Shown one piece after another: positions 39,763-49,851 of a DNA stretch of 64,000 nucleotides (position 1 is the stretch's first letter; each line of letters begins with the position of its first letter). The position numbers and the translations under genes are program-made. The stretch lies in NCBI RefSeq assembly GCF_036321535.1, contig NC_087445.1:52328001-52392000 (forward strand). The letters are read 5' to 3'. Origin of the DNA: Camelus dromedarius. Taxonomy: Eukaryota. The notes below the pieces were generated by a model. That model did no database searches and was not told the origin of the DNA. It was given only the letters and a program-made list of their open reading frames with translations.

Positions 39763-39821
39763 TTAAAAATTTTTTTTTTCTTTAAAAATTAAAAAAATTT
39801 TTCTTAAAAAAATTTTTTTAA
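39763..39821. repeat. A/T-tract low-complexity repeat (ttaaaaa-ttttt units)
   Basis: Direct observation. Confidence 0.85.
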
Positions 39822-40124
39822 TTGTTTACTTATTGTATTTGGCTCTGCTTTTTTAATGGCCATTTCTTGCTTCCAACCAGTCACTCTCCGGAATGTTATT
39901 TGTGGGGATGCAGTCTGGGTCATGCTAAAGTTCATGTCATGAGGTTTAGCTCAGGGCTGTCATAATATTATGGGGTACAAAGGGGATCCAAATAAGAGAG
40001 AATGAAAAATACATTTGAGGAATTTTTCTTGGTAATTCTGCTTGAATAGTACTGAAAGCAGCACAGAGTTCCCCACCCAAAGGAAATAGCAACAACGTGG
40101 CAAATCTTTCATGGAAGAATTGAT

Positions 40125-40400
40125 GGCACAAGCGTTCGCTGAATACCTGCTGTGTGCTGGGCATGATGTGGGGAGCACAGAGATGGACAGGGCACTGCCT
40201 GGCCTCAGAGGGTATCACAATGCTGTCAGAAAATTAGACTGTAAATGGGGAATTTCAAGGCAACACCTGAGGGCTATACAAACGAGTGAAGTGTTCAGAG
40301 TTTAGTTTAAATTAAGCAAATACCTTGACGATCAGATGAAACAATACCTGGTGGGGAAAAAAGGAAGAACATTCCAGGCAGAGAACAGAAAATTCCTTTT
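40125..40400 (-). mobile_element. L2 LINE fragment
   Basis: ttcgctgaatacctgctgtgtgctgggcatgatgtgggg...gaagaacattccaggcagagagaacag. Confidence 0.75.
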
Positions 40401-41079
40401 ATTTGTCCTCTTCCTCCCTCTCCTTTCTCTTGTTCTTCTTTTTCACCTTCCCTATAGAGGGGATCACCATAAATATTTGAGGCCTTTTTGTTCCTGGGCT
40501 GTTTTGTTAGTAACAGGCTGAAAGACCAAATGTTTTCAGTTGTTAAAAGTAAATTGAGTACACAAAGTGTTCTTTGGAAGTCCACCATTGAGATAAATTT
40601 TTTAAATGAGTTTCTAGATTGATTCTGAGTAAAGATACACTTAGTCTGTAGGGTCTCCCAATCTTTTTTATTACTTACTCTTTGAACCTCATGTTTCATA
40701 AGGCATTATTCCCCCCCCCCCCACATTTCCTTCTTAAATCATAAGGAACCTATCTTTCGAGTTGTTATTAATAAAAACTATCAGTACCTATCAGTTTCTG
40801 GTTGAATTGGATTCCTAATTAAGGACATTTCAATTGAAGGCAAGATTTCAATTTTTCTCTGTGTCATTGAGGGTAAGCACATAGTTTCATAAGACTTCTG
40901 TTATGTAGAAAACAGCTCAGAGACATTTTTAGAGTCTAGGAGTCCTTGAGTTAAGCCCCAGTTCCAGCAAGTTAAGAGTTCTAGGGTTAGGCATCTGCAA
41001 TTAAAATACTCTTACTTTTGGCTTTTAATCTTTCCTCAAGATGATTCAAGTATATGATTTTGGATAATTCTTTTAAAAT

Positions 41080-41290
41080 ACTCTGCCTATCAATTATTTA
41101 TATAGACATTTAAGTTTGGGTGTAAATGGTCCAGGTTGGTATTTGCCCTACGGCAGGTTCTGTACGACTCCTTCTCACCTACTGATTTAAATTTGTCTTC
41201 TCTTTCCACTAGAGTGTAAATCCTTGAGGGCATAGATCATTTTCATTTTTCTTATCACTATGTCCCAAACACACAAAATAGGTAGTTCAA
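41080..41290 (+). mobile_element. L2 3' end fragment
   Basis: cactagagtgtaaatccttgagggcatag...cacaaaataggtagttcaa. Confidence 0.6.
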
Positions 41291-42069
41291 TTTTTTATGA
41301 TTCAAGAAAGTATGTTATTTATCAGCCTCTGGCCCGAGTCCCTTGTGATAAACTTGAGTCTCCACTTGAGGTCGTCTGCCTGGGACACATTCTTTTTAAA
41401 TTTAATTTTCTGACAAATCCTTTCAAACACCCTAATGCAAAACAGGTCAAATTCTGTGCACTCTGATTCCATTTATCTTGAAATTTTTCATCACTTTCAA
41501 TTTAGAAGTCTAGCTTTACCTGACCTTCAATGAAACATTTACTATGTGAGCATTTTAATATTTAATATTTTATCTTTTAGTTTTTTTCATTTGTGTTACA
41601 TTTTATTGGCAATTTATGGGGAAATGAAAAGGTCAAAACAAAGGAACAGCCTGGTTGATAGCAGGAGGCCTAAATAAGTGGCTTCCTTTTCAAAGCAGCT
41701 GGTTAGAAAATCCTTTTAACTTCTCCATGTAGATAGACATTCCTCTTGAGTCCAAAGGACTCTCCTGATCAAATGCACTGCACTGTGGGAAAGTCAGACA
41801 AACATCTTGTTCTCTAGATTTCTTAAGCGATTTCCACTTTATGGAATTGCTAGTTTAACGCATTCTATCTATTCCATCTGCAGAATTCACTGATGGATGC
41901 CCCAGGTATTTAGACAGTAAGCTGTGTGCTCACTACTACTGCAACCACCATTTGGCTTGTTTGCTGATCAGGAAAATGTTGTATCTGTTCACAAACCTAT
42001 TTATTCCTGTCGTTTTCTTATTGTAATTCTGTAACATAATTAAATATTGTATTAACTGATTATATACAA

Positions 42070-42235
42070 ATTTACAAGGAAAATTATATATTCTATCAGA
42101 ATCATACTACTGTGGTAATGGTATCATGGGTGTATGCATATGTCCTAACTCACCAAAATGTATACATTAAATATGTGTAATTTTTGTATATTATGTATAC
42201 CTTTATAAAACTTAAAAATGCTTAGAATATTAAAA
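42070..42235 (+). mobile_element. L1M 3' terminus
   Basis: tgtggtaatggtatcatgggtgtatgcatatgtcctaactcaccaaaatgtatacattaaatatgtg. Confidence 0.8.
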
Positions 42236-42249
42236 AAAATCAAATTAAA

Positions 42250-42355
42250 AGGTTTGGAAGGATTCAATAAAGTCAGCTCCCTAAAAAATTAGGTGTGGAC
42301 AACGCAGTTGCAAAATATTGGAAAAAAAATCATACAAATCTAGACAATTTCCAGG
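42250..42355 (+). mobile_element. Tigger/pogo transposase relic (N-terminal HTH region)
   Basis: Frameshifted translation LEGFNKVSSLKK / LGVDNAVAKYWKKNHTNLDNF resembles Tigger-type HTH segments. Confidence 0.55.
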
Positions 42356-42836
42356 ACATTTATGAATATCATATGCATCATGAGTGGAATATAGCCTTGC
42401 TGGATAATTAACCAGTTAAACCCTAACCTTCTCAGCCAGCCCCTGAGGAGGATCTTAGAGCACCACAAAGTCAGGGCAGTTGTACCACACTCTGACCAGG
42501 CCAGTGGCTAGTTATCTATTAAGTTACTTTTTAACTACCAAGAAACAATTGAAGAGAATCTTCTGGGGTTTTTTCTATGTTATCTCTAAAAATACTGAAG
42601 TCTATTTGAAATTTGAAGACACTGTCTCTAAGAGGCTATTTGTTTGTCATAGTCAAGTGATGTATGTGTATTTAATCTTGAAATGACATATTTAAAGAAG
42701 AAAATGTGCAGCTTGCTTTCATGATAATCGTGGGTATATGAGTTGTAGTGCTGATCCCATGCTGTTTTAGTGGTATGTTATTTAAACAAGAGAGTATATA
42801 TAGGATACCCTTAAATTGGGAACCGTTTTTGGACTC

Positions 42837-42964
42837 TTTATTTTTTTAGTTTTTTTGGGGGGGATAATTAGGTTTATTTATTTTTAGAGGACATACTGGG
42901 GATTGAACCCAGGACCTTGTGCATGCTAAGCATGTGCTCTACCACTTGAGCTATACCCTCCCCC
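42837..42964 (-). mobile_element. tRNA-Ala(AGC)-derived SINE, camelid Vic-1-like
   Basis: Minus strand reads GGGGAGGGTATAGCTCAAGTGGTAGAGCACATGCTTAGCATGCACAAGGTCCTGGGTTCAATCCCCAG, with A and B boxes. It is followed by AAAAATAAATAAACCTAATTATCCCCCC and an A-rich tail. Confidence 0.9.
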
Positions 42965-43629
42965 ACTGGAACCTTTTTTAGTACAGTAGTAGTTTTATTC
43001 ATCAGCCTTTGGCCCTAGATAATAAAAGCACAATATTTTTATAATCAAGTCAGTAATCCTTTCAAGATGAAAGTAGGCCTTCTTGCTGGACAAATATGAA
43101 AGCTAAATACCCTTTACTATTAACTGAAATTTTGAAAGCATTGCCAAGGAAATGTAATTGACACTACAAAGTTGCTTGTTTCACAAAATCTTATCTATTA
43201 GAAATCTGTTCCTATTTTGGGCTTGCCATAGTACATGATGGGTACATTCATGTTACTTTAACTTGTTTTTATATCTAGAGTCAGGCTTCGTATCTGTACA
43301 AACTGGTTCTAGCTCTGACCATTGGATATCGCTGACCTTTCAAATCAGTAAAATACACTGTAGCTTTTCAGCCTCAAATCAGTCTAGGAGCAATAAGTAG
43401 TCTAATTAATGAGCATTGTTAAAATTGAGGTCAAGATAAAAAGAAGTTGACTCTCTAAAAACCACCATAGAGAGGACGAGTTTATTGATCTAGAGACATG
43501 GCCATTCTAAGAAGGCGTTCTAAGGTTTTTTTAAGTATGGACCATAGAGGCTGCTTTAGAGCACACAGTGCATCCCTGCCTAATTACTAACCTGCCTATC
43601 AGTGGTAGAGGCCTGGCTTCTTTACCCCT

Positions 43630-44200
43630 TAAGCCCAGGTGGCTCCATATATCAATGAAATATGATTCAGTCCTAAAGAAGGAAACCCTGCCACATGTGA
43701 CAGCATGGCTGAAGCTAGAAGACGTTATGCTAAGTAAAATAAACCAGGCACAGGACAAATAGTACGTGATATCACTTATCCGAGGAACCTAAAATAGTCA
43801 AACTCCTAGAACCATAGAGTAGATGGTGGTTGCCAGGGGCTGGGGGGAGGGGGGACAGGGACGTATTAGTGAAAAGGTACAGAGTTTAAGTTATACAAGA
43901 AGTCTTAGACATCTAATGTACAGTGTAGTGCCTACAGTTAACACTACTCTATTGCATAGGTAAACTTTTGCTAAGAAGGTAGCTTTCATGTTGTGTTTTT
44001 TAAAACAAACAAAACCAACCAACCAAACAAGCAAAAGTAACTAAGGAACAGGAGGAAAGTTTTGGAGGTGATGTTAATTGCCATGACTGTGGTAATGGTT
44101 TCACAGGTGTATGCATATGCCCCAAGTTATCAAATTGTATGCATTAAATATGTCCAGTTTTTAATATATCAATTATACCTCAATATATATATTTAAAAAA
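43630..44200 (+). mobile_element. L1MB-type 3' end
   Basis: aagaaggaaaccctgccacatgtgacagcatggctgaagctagaagacgttatgctaagtaaaataaaccaggcacaggacaaata...tcaattatacctcaata. Confidence 0.9.
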
Positions 44201-44308
44201 TTGAATTATGTGCACTGTATGTATTTATTTTTACTAGGTTGAGAAATAGACTACTTCGTTTTTAAGACTATCTTTGGCTTCAAACAGTGATTTATTATGA
44301 CTTACAAC

Positions 44309-44556
44309 TTTATGGCAAATCTTTAAATATACAAGTATTTTTCTCTAGATTATTTCAATAAATAAATATAACCTATTTGTTTTTATGAATCAGCTCAATT
44401 TTGGAATGATAAAATCTGTATTCTAATCTTTGTTTATGGCAAATCTTTAAATATACAAGTATTTTTCTCTAGATTATTTCAATAAATAAATATAACCTAT
44501 TTGTTTTTATAAATCAGCTCAATTTTGGAATGATAAAATCTGTATTCTAATCTTTG
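44309..44556. repeat. 124-bp tandem duplication (2 copies, 1 mismatch)
   Basis: 44309-44432 vs 44433-44556 differ only at 44387 (g) and 44511 (a). Confidence 0.97.
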
Positions 44557-45094
44557 TTCTGCCACAGACTTATTGTGTGATCTTGGAGAAATCATGATCC
44601 TTAAGCTTCATTCATTCATTGAAAAAACTTAAGTCATTACCATGCATACCAGATTCTGTTCTAGGCACATCACTTTTTTTTTTTCATGTGTACAATGTGG
44701 AGACATAATTAGATTTTATTCAAGTTCCCTTTCAGCTTTAAATTGATGAATCTGGGATAAAATTCATACTTTTTCTTCATAAGGATTAAAGAGGCAGCTT
44801 GGATTTTCTCTGGAGAGTTGAATTGCAATCAGATATTTGAGAAAAGATGTGAAAGAAAGTAATAACTCCCTTAGAATTGCTAAAGGTCCTCTGGTGATTG
44901 TAATGGAAAATGAGTCAAATGTCATTTGGAGCTTGAGGGAGAAGTTTAGTGGGGAAGGTGTTCCCGAGGGCTCACTCTCACACAGAACAACAAATTGCTA
45001 AGAGTTGTCACAGCAACAAGAGCAGCTGCAGCACTGAGTATTCTAAATACACTGAGTACACAGTACCTGGAGAAGTGGGGCCAGAATGAGTGAA

Positions 45095-45134
<40 letters not shown>

Positions 45135-45166
45135 GAGTCTGTGGAGTGGGCAGGCAAGCCCAGTGT

Positions 45167-45210
<44 letters not shown>

Positions 45211-45306
45211 CACACACGCTGGAAGTCTGTGGAGTGGGCAGGCAAGCCCAGTGTCACACACACACACACGCTGGAAGTCTGTGGAGTGGGCAGGCAAGCC
45301 CAGTGT

Positions 45307-45344
<38 letters not shown>

Positions 45345-45389
45345 AAGTCTGTGGAGTGGGCAGGCAAGCCCAGTGTGACACACACACAG

Positions 45390-45421
<32 letters not shown>

Positions 45422-45460
45422 GCTGGAAGTCTGTAGAGTGGGCAGGCAAGCCCAGTGTGA
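45095..45460. repeat. Compound minisatellite: 5 x 38-bp unit separated by (CA)n tracts
   Basis: Unit CGCTGGAAGTCTGTGGAGTGGGCAGGCAAGCCCAGTGT starts at 45129, 45217, 45269, 45339 and 45421. Spacers are 50, 14, 32 and 44 bp, with a leading (CA)16. Confidence 0.98.
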
Positions 45461-45944
45461 CCCTTCTCTATGGATGATGCTCAAGGCCTCCAGCAGGGAC
45501 CCCTCCTCAAGTGGAGGTCCTGTTTGTCAGGAACATTAACTTCTCCAGGAACATTTTCTACTACTTAAGTGACTATTCCTCCAGAGTGGACTGCTATTTA
45601 GGAATATGCCATGTGGCCACAGAACCTTCTGCTCCTTATCTGACTGTGAGTCCTGAGCTATCATTATACTTGGAGTCTGTGACATTCCAGAAGGCATTTT
45701 TATGAGCACCCTGTTGGGTAGTAATCATTTTGATCCAGGCTAATACTTTGCTCTTCTTTGTCCCTGAGCAACAACCCTAGTGCTGGCTACTAACTCAAGA
45801 CTTTATAAAGATGGAGAAAAATCATTCCAGAATGGGACGATTTGGCGCCTGATCACTGTAGATGCTGCCTAGGTGCAGCTTATTAACTATGCAAATTCCT
45901 AGGTGGGTACCCACCTCAAACTCAAACTAGCAATAGGAGGATTA

Positions 45945-46400
45945 TAGTCAGGGGAACCTTACATGTGAGATATTTCAAAAGATCTGAATTATCATCTAAC
46001 CTGAAATCTGAAATATGCAAAAGAGGTAGTTAGGATGAAGGAAGATTATCCCAGGCAGAGGGAATGCCAAGTCCAAAGGCTGAGGCACAAACTTGGATGG
46101 TTAAAGAGCAAACAGATGGCCAGTGTGGGTAGAATTAGTGGGTGTGGAAAAGAGTGATACAAGATAAGAGCATGGGAGCCTGGATGAATCTGTTAGCAAT
46201 GGAGATGGAGTAAAATGGACATATTTGTAACATGGAGGGAAAAGTGACAGATCAATTATAAGGGCAAGGAAAGAAGAGAAATGAAGTCTAGTATCTAGAT
46301 CATTGGCTTGACCAACTAGGTAGATGATAGTACCACTTAATGAAATGAGGAAAAGTGGAAAGAGAAACAGGGTAAGAGGTTGGGAACCAAAAATTCTCTT
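45945..46400 (-). mobile_element. L2 LINE fragment
   Basis: cccaggcagagggaatgccaagtccaaaggctgagg...atggtaccacttaatgaaatgagg-like antisense L2 pattern. Confidence 0.65.
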
Positions 46401-46479
46401 TTAGACTATAATTATAAAACTAATCAAATAAATTGGTAGAAGAGAATAGTCTTGAAATAGTTACAATTATGAATAGGAA

Positions 46480-48300
46480 TTTAAGAAATATAATATTTCA
46501 GTACTGTGGGGAGAGGATGACTTTAGATGATAGAAAATATTGATATGATTGATTATCCATCAGGAAAAAAAATTAAGCTACAGTCCTGCCTCATGGCACA
46601 TAAAATTAATTCCAGATGAATTCACAACTTAAAAAATAGAGCTGGGAGAACTACATTTATCTGTACAGAACAAAATGAATCTCAACTCTTAACCTCATGT
46701 CATACATAGCAGTTAACTCAAAATGTATGAGAGATCTAACCATAAGACCTTAAACTATTAAATATTTAGAAGAAAACATCATAAAATCCTTGTGTCATTG
46801 GGCTAGACAAAGATTTCTCAAACATGAGACAAAAAAGATAAATCAAAAAAATTGATAAAGTATCTTTATCAAAATATCAACCCATGTTCTTTGAAAATCA
46901 GTTAAGAAAATGAAAAAGACAGAAATTGCAAGAAATATTTGCAGAACATATTTCTGACAGAGGACTTGCATCCAAAATATATAAAACACCCCAATTTTTT
47001 CAAAGGGGGAAAACATTTAAATAGACACTTCACAGATACTCAGTATCACTAGGTATTATGTGAATGCAAATTGAAACCACAATGAGAGACCACTGGACAC
47101 CAACTGAATGCCTAAAATGAGAAAGCTTGACAATACCAAGTGCTGGACAGAATGTGGAACTGGAAACTGCATTTCTGTTGAGAATGCAAAATGACACAGC
47201 CACTTTGAAAGACAGTATGGTGGTATTTTATGAAGTTAAGTACACATTTACTGTTTAACCTAGTGATCCTAAGTCTAGATATTTATTTAAGAGAAATGAA
47301 ATAGATATGTCCATATAAAGTCTTTTACTCAGAGACTTCTGCACTTTAGTAAATAATAATATTTTACTATATAATAATATTATAATTATGTTATGACAGC
47401 ATTATGCATAATAACTATTAAAATTAAATAAAAAATGGAGACCAGAACTTGAGAATTCCCTGAGCAGACAAAACCATTTGAGCCATGTAAACAAAACTAA
47501 ATCTAGCTTATTTTATAAATATAAGTGAAACTTAAGGTTACTTCTTACAAATATTTCTGACAATCATAAAAGAAACAAGTCATTTTCCTAAAAATGATAT
47601 GAGGTAATCACTTTCAACCAATCCCTTGTCATCTGGAAACTCATTCACTGTAAACCACCAATCACTATAAAGGCTAACAACTTCCTCATATTCATGTTAT
47701 AAACCATCCTGTGACTTCAGTGCCCCTGAGCTTCATATCAGTCTTCAAACTTGGAAGCTCCCAGCTTGTGAAGTGTTTTTATATACACCATAAACTCTTA
47801 CTAAATAATATTTATTGATATCGTGGTTTTAATTTTGCTATTTCTGGGTTTTTTACTTAACTTAAAACTAGAATAATTTCAAATATCCATGAACTGATAG
47901 ATAATAAAGTTGTAGATTATCTACACCATGGAACATTACTCAGCAATAAAAATGAATTAAATATTAGTGTACATGAAAATGTAGATGCAACTCAATCATA
48001 CAAGTGATAAAGACAAACACGGAAGACTACATACTCTGTGAGCCCATTAACGCAAAATTCTAGGAAAGGTCAAGCTGTAGCGACAGGAAGCAGACTGTGG
48101 TCAAGGGTCAGGAGAGGGCACCAGTTGTGAAGTGGTATGAGAAAACATTTTAGGATGATTGATCTGTTCAAAAGCTTGATTTTGGTGGAGGTTACATGAC
48201 TATATATAGTTAACAAAAATTCATAAACTTGTGTGCTTAAAATGAGTGGATTTGGTTGTATGTAAGTTATACCTCAATACAGCAAAAGAGTAAATAAAAA
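46480..48300 (+). mobile_element. L1M ORF2 3' part and 3' UTR, interrupted by an LTR
   Basis: ORF2-end motifs (aaatgcaaattgaaaccacaatgagagaccac, gacaataccaagtgctgg) and a 3' UTR ending tatgtaagttatacctcaata. Confidence 0.85.
47416..47855 (+). mobile_element. Old ERV1-type solo LTR inserted in L1
   Basis: aaaatggagaccagaacttgagaattccctgagcagacaaaacc...ccaatc...tataaacc. The host L1 sequence (gcataataac / aaactagaataatttcaaatatccat) rejoins across it. Confidence 0.65.
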
Positions 48301-48309
48301 TAAAACACT

Positions 48310-49240
48310 AAATACTTATTAGAAGAAAAATTTAAAGACTCTGTAACCTCAGGGTGAGGAAAAGCTTCCTAAACAAAAGAATAAATACATACATATTTAC
48401 CTAGATAAAAAATTTTTAAAGTATCTTATGGAATGAAGGTGACAGGAAATGTTAAACTGCAAAAGAATATTTGCTACCTATGTGACTGACAAAGAGTAAA
48501 TGTCCCTAATGAGTGATAAGATCTTACAAATTGTTCTACATGAAAAAGACAACACAATAGAAAAGTAGCCAGTGTACACAGGCTAGAGAGAGAAGATGAT
48601 ATCCAAATGGCCAAGACATGTGTGAAAAAAAAAAAGAAAATCCCTAATCTTACTAGTACTGAGGAAAATGGAAATTAGAGTATGAGACTATTTTCATCCA
48701 TTAGACTGGAGAAAATTGAAATGAGCAATTACAAGAATGCTAGTAAGATTGTAGGAAAATGGACCATCTCGTAATGCTGCTGATGGCAGTGTGAATCCCT
48801 AAAACCTCTGGGGAAATTCATCTAGAAATATATGTTGAAGTTATTATGCACATATTATTTAATCCCGCAATCTCACTTGTGGGTCTCTAGTTTGTAGAAA
48901 TAATAGCACCAGTACATGAGGATCTGTGTATAGCAATGTGTTGAAGATTTGCTGAAAGTCGGAGTAAAGAAAAATTGGAAGCTACTTGAGTGGGGAACTG
49001 ACACATCTATGCTATGGCTTACATATAGATATTTAAAAATAAGGTAAAAAATTATTTATTAACTCTAAGGAATATCCGCGATGTACTGTAAATAAGAAAA
49101 TCATGTAAGGTAATATGGTTTTATTTTTGTAAAAATTATCACAACCAAAAAGCTCGCACAGGTATGTGTACTGTGTCCGAGCTCGCCTGGTCATGTGAAA
49201 GACTTGCAGCACATTGCTAATGTTAGTAACCTCTGAGGGG
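48310..49240 (+). mobile_element. Older L1ME-type 3' fragment
   Basis: Decayed ORF2 end and 3' UTR motifs (atatccaaatggccaagacatgtg, aatgctgctgatggcagtgtgaat). Confidence 0.65.
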
Positions 49241-49646
49241 GCTCAGGTTAGGAAGAGATCATTAATTTTTTCTTTGTACATCTTTGCATATCTTTATCTT
49301 TGCAGTTACAGCACCAGATGCAATGAGGAAGTAAGACTTTTGTGAAATCGTAATTTTTAAATAATACAGAAAATTCTAAAAAGATACATAGCATATTCTT
49401 CAATTTTAAGAGACTAGATATTGTGAGATGGTTGCCAGTCTGGGTAAAAGGTTTAGAGAAAATCAGAATACTATCACAGTAAATGTACATGTCAATTATA
49501 GGGGGCATCCCAACTTCAGAAACATTACAAAGGTGAAGACAAAATTCAGTGGAGTGTAACAGAAAAACATTTTTCAGAAAAAAAAAATTAGTTATATCTC
49601 TCTTGCCTTACTTCCTTTCTGGTTCCTGAGGAGGGTGGCTCTGTTA

Positions 49647-49751
49647 TTGGCTTTTTTTTTTCTTTTTTTTTTGAGGTACCGTCAGTTACAATGTGTCAAT
49701 TTCTGGTGTACAGACAATGTCCCAGTCATGCATATGCATACATATATTTGG
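49647..49751 (-). mobile_element. Minimal (~105 bp) L1 3' tail insertion
   Basis: About 92% identical by eye to the L1 tail at 27200-27276. TSD gagggtggctctgtta (49631-49646) / gaaggtggctctgtta (49752-49767). Confidence 0.9.
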
Positions 49752-49804
49752 GAAGGTGGCTCTGTTAACAATCATATATGTTTCCTAAATACTTGCATGG
49801 TAAA

Positions 49805-49851
49805 GCGTGCGCGCACGCACACATGCACAAACACACATACACACACACACA
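49805..49851. repeat. (GC)/(CA)n mixed microsatellite
   Basis: gcgtgcgcgcacgcacacatgcacaaacacacatacacacacacac. Confidence 0.9.

Noticed and set aside
40394-40546. Very long pyrimidine tract plus AG acceptor
   Set aside because: All three downstream frames stop within ~22 codons. The tract is simple low-complexity sequence beside an L2.
42887-42964. Functional tRNA-Ala(AGC) gene
   Set aside because: The acceptor and anticodon stems are mismatched and a SINE-type A-rich tail follows.
45095-45460. CRISPR array (repeat-spacer appearance)
   Set aside because: The context is mammalian, the spacers are (CA)n rather than unique sequence, and there are no cas genes or leader. It is a minisatellite.
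44946-45539. Cluster of ORFs with HT/VC dipeptide repeats
   Set aside because: These are translations of (CA)n/(TG)n tracts, which lack stop codons.
45843-45870. REST/NRSF-like bipartite motif
   Set aside because: Both half-sites are too degenerate and the spacing is non-canonical.
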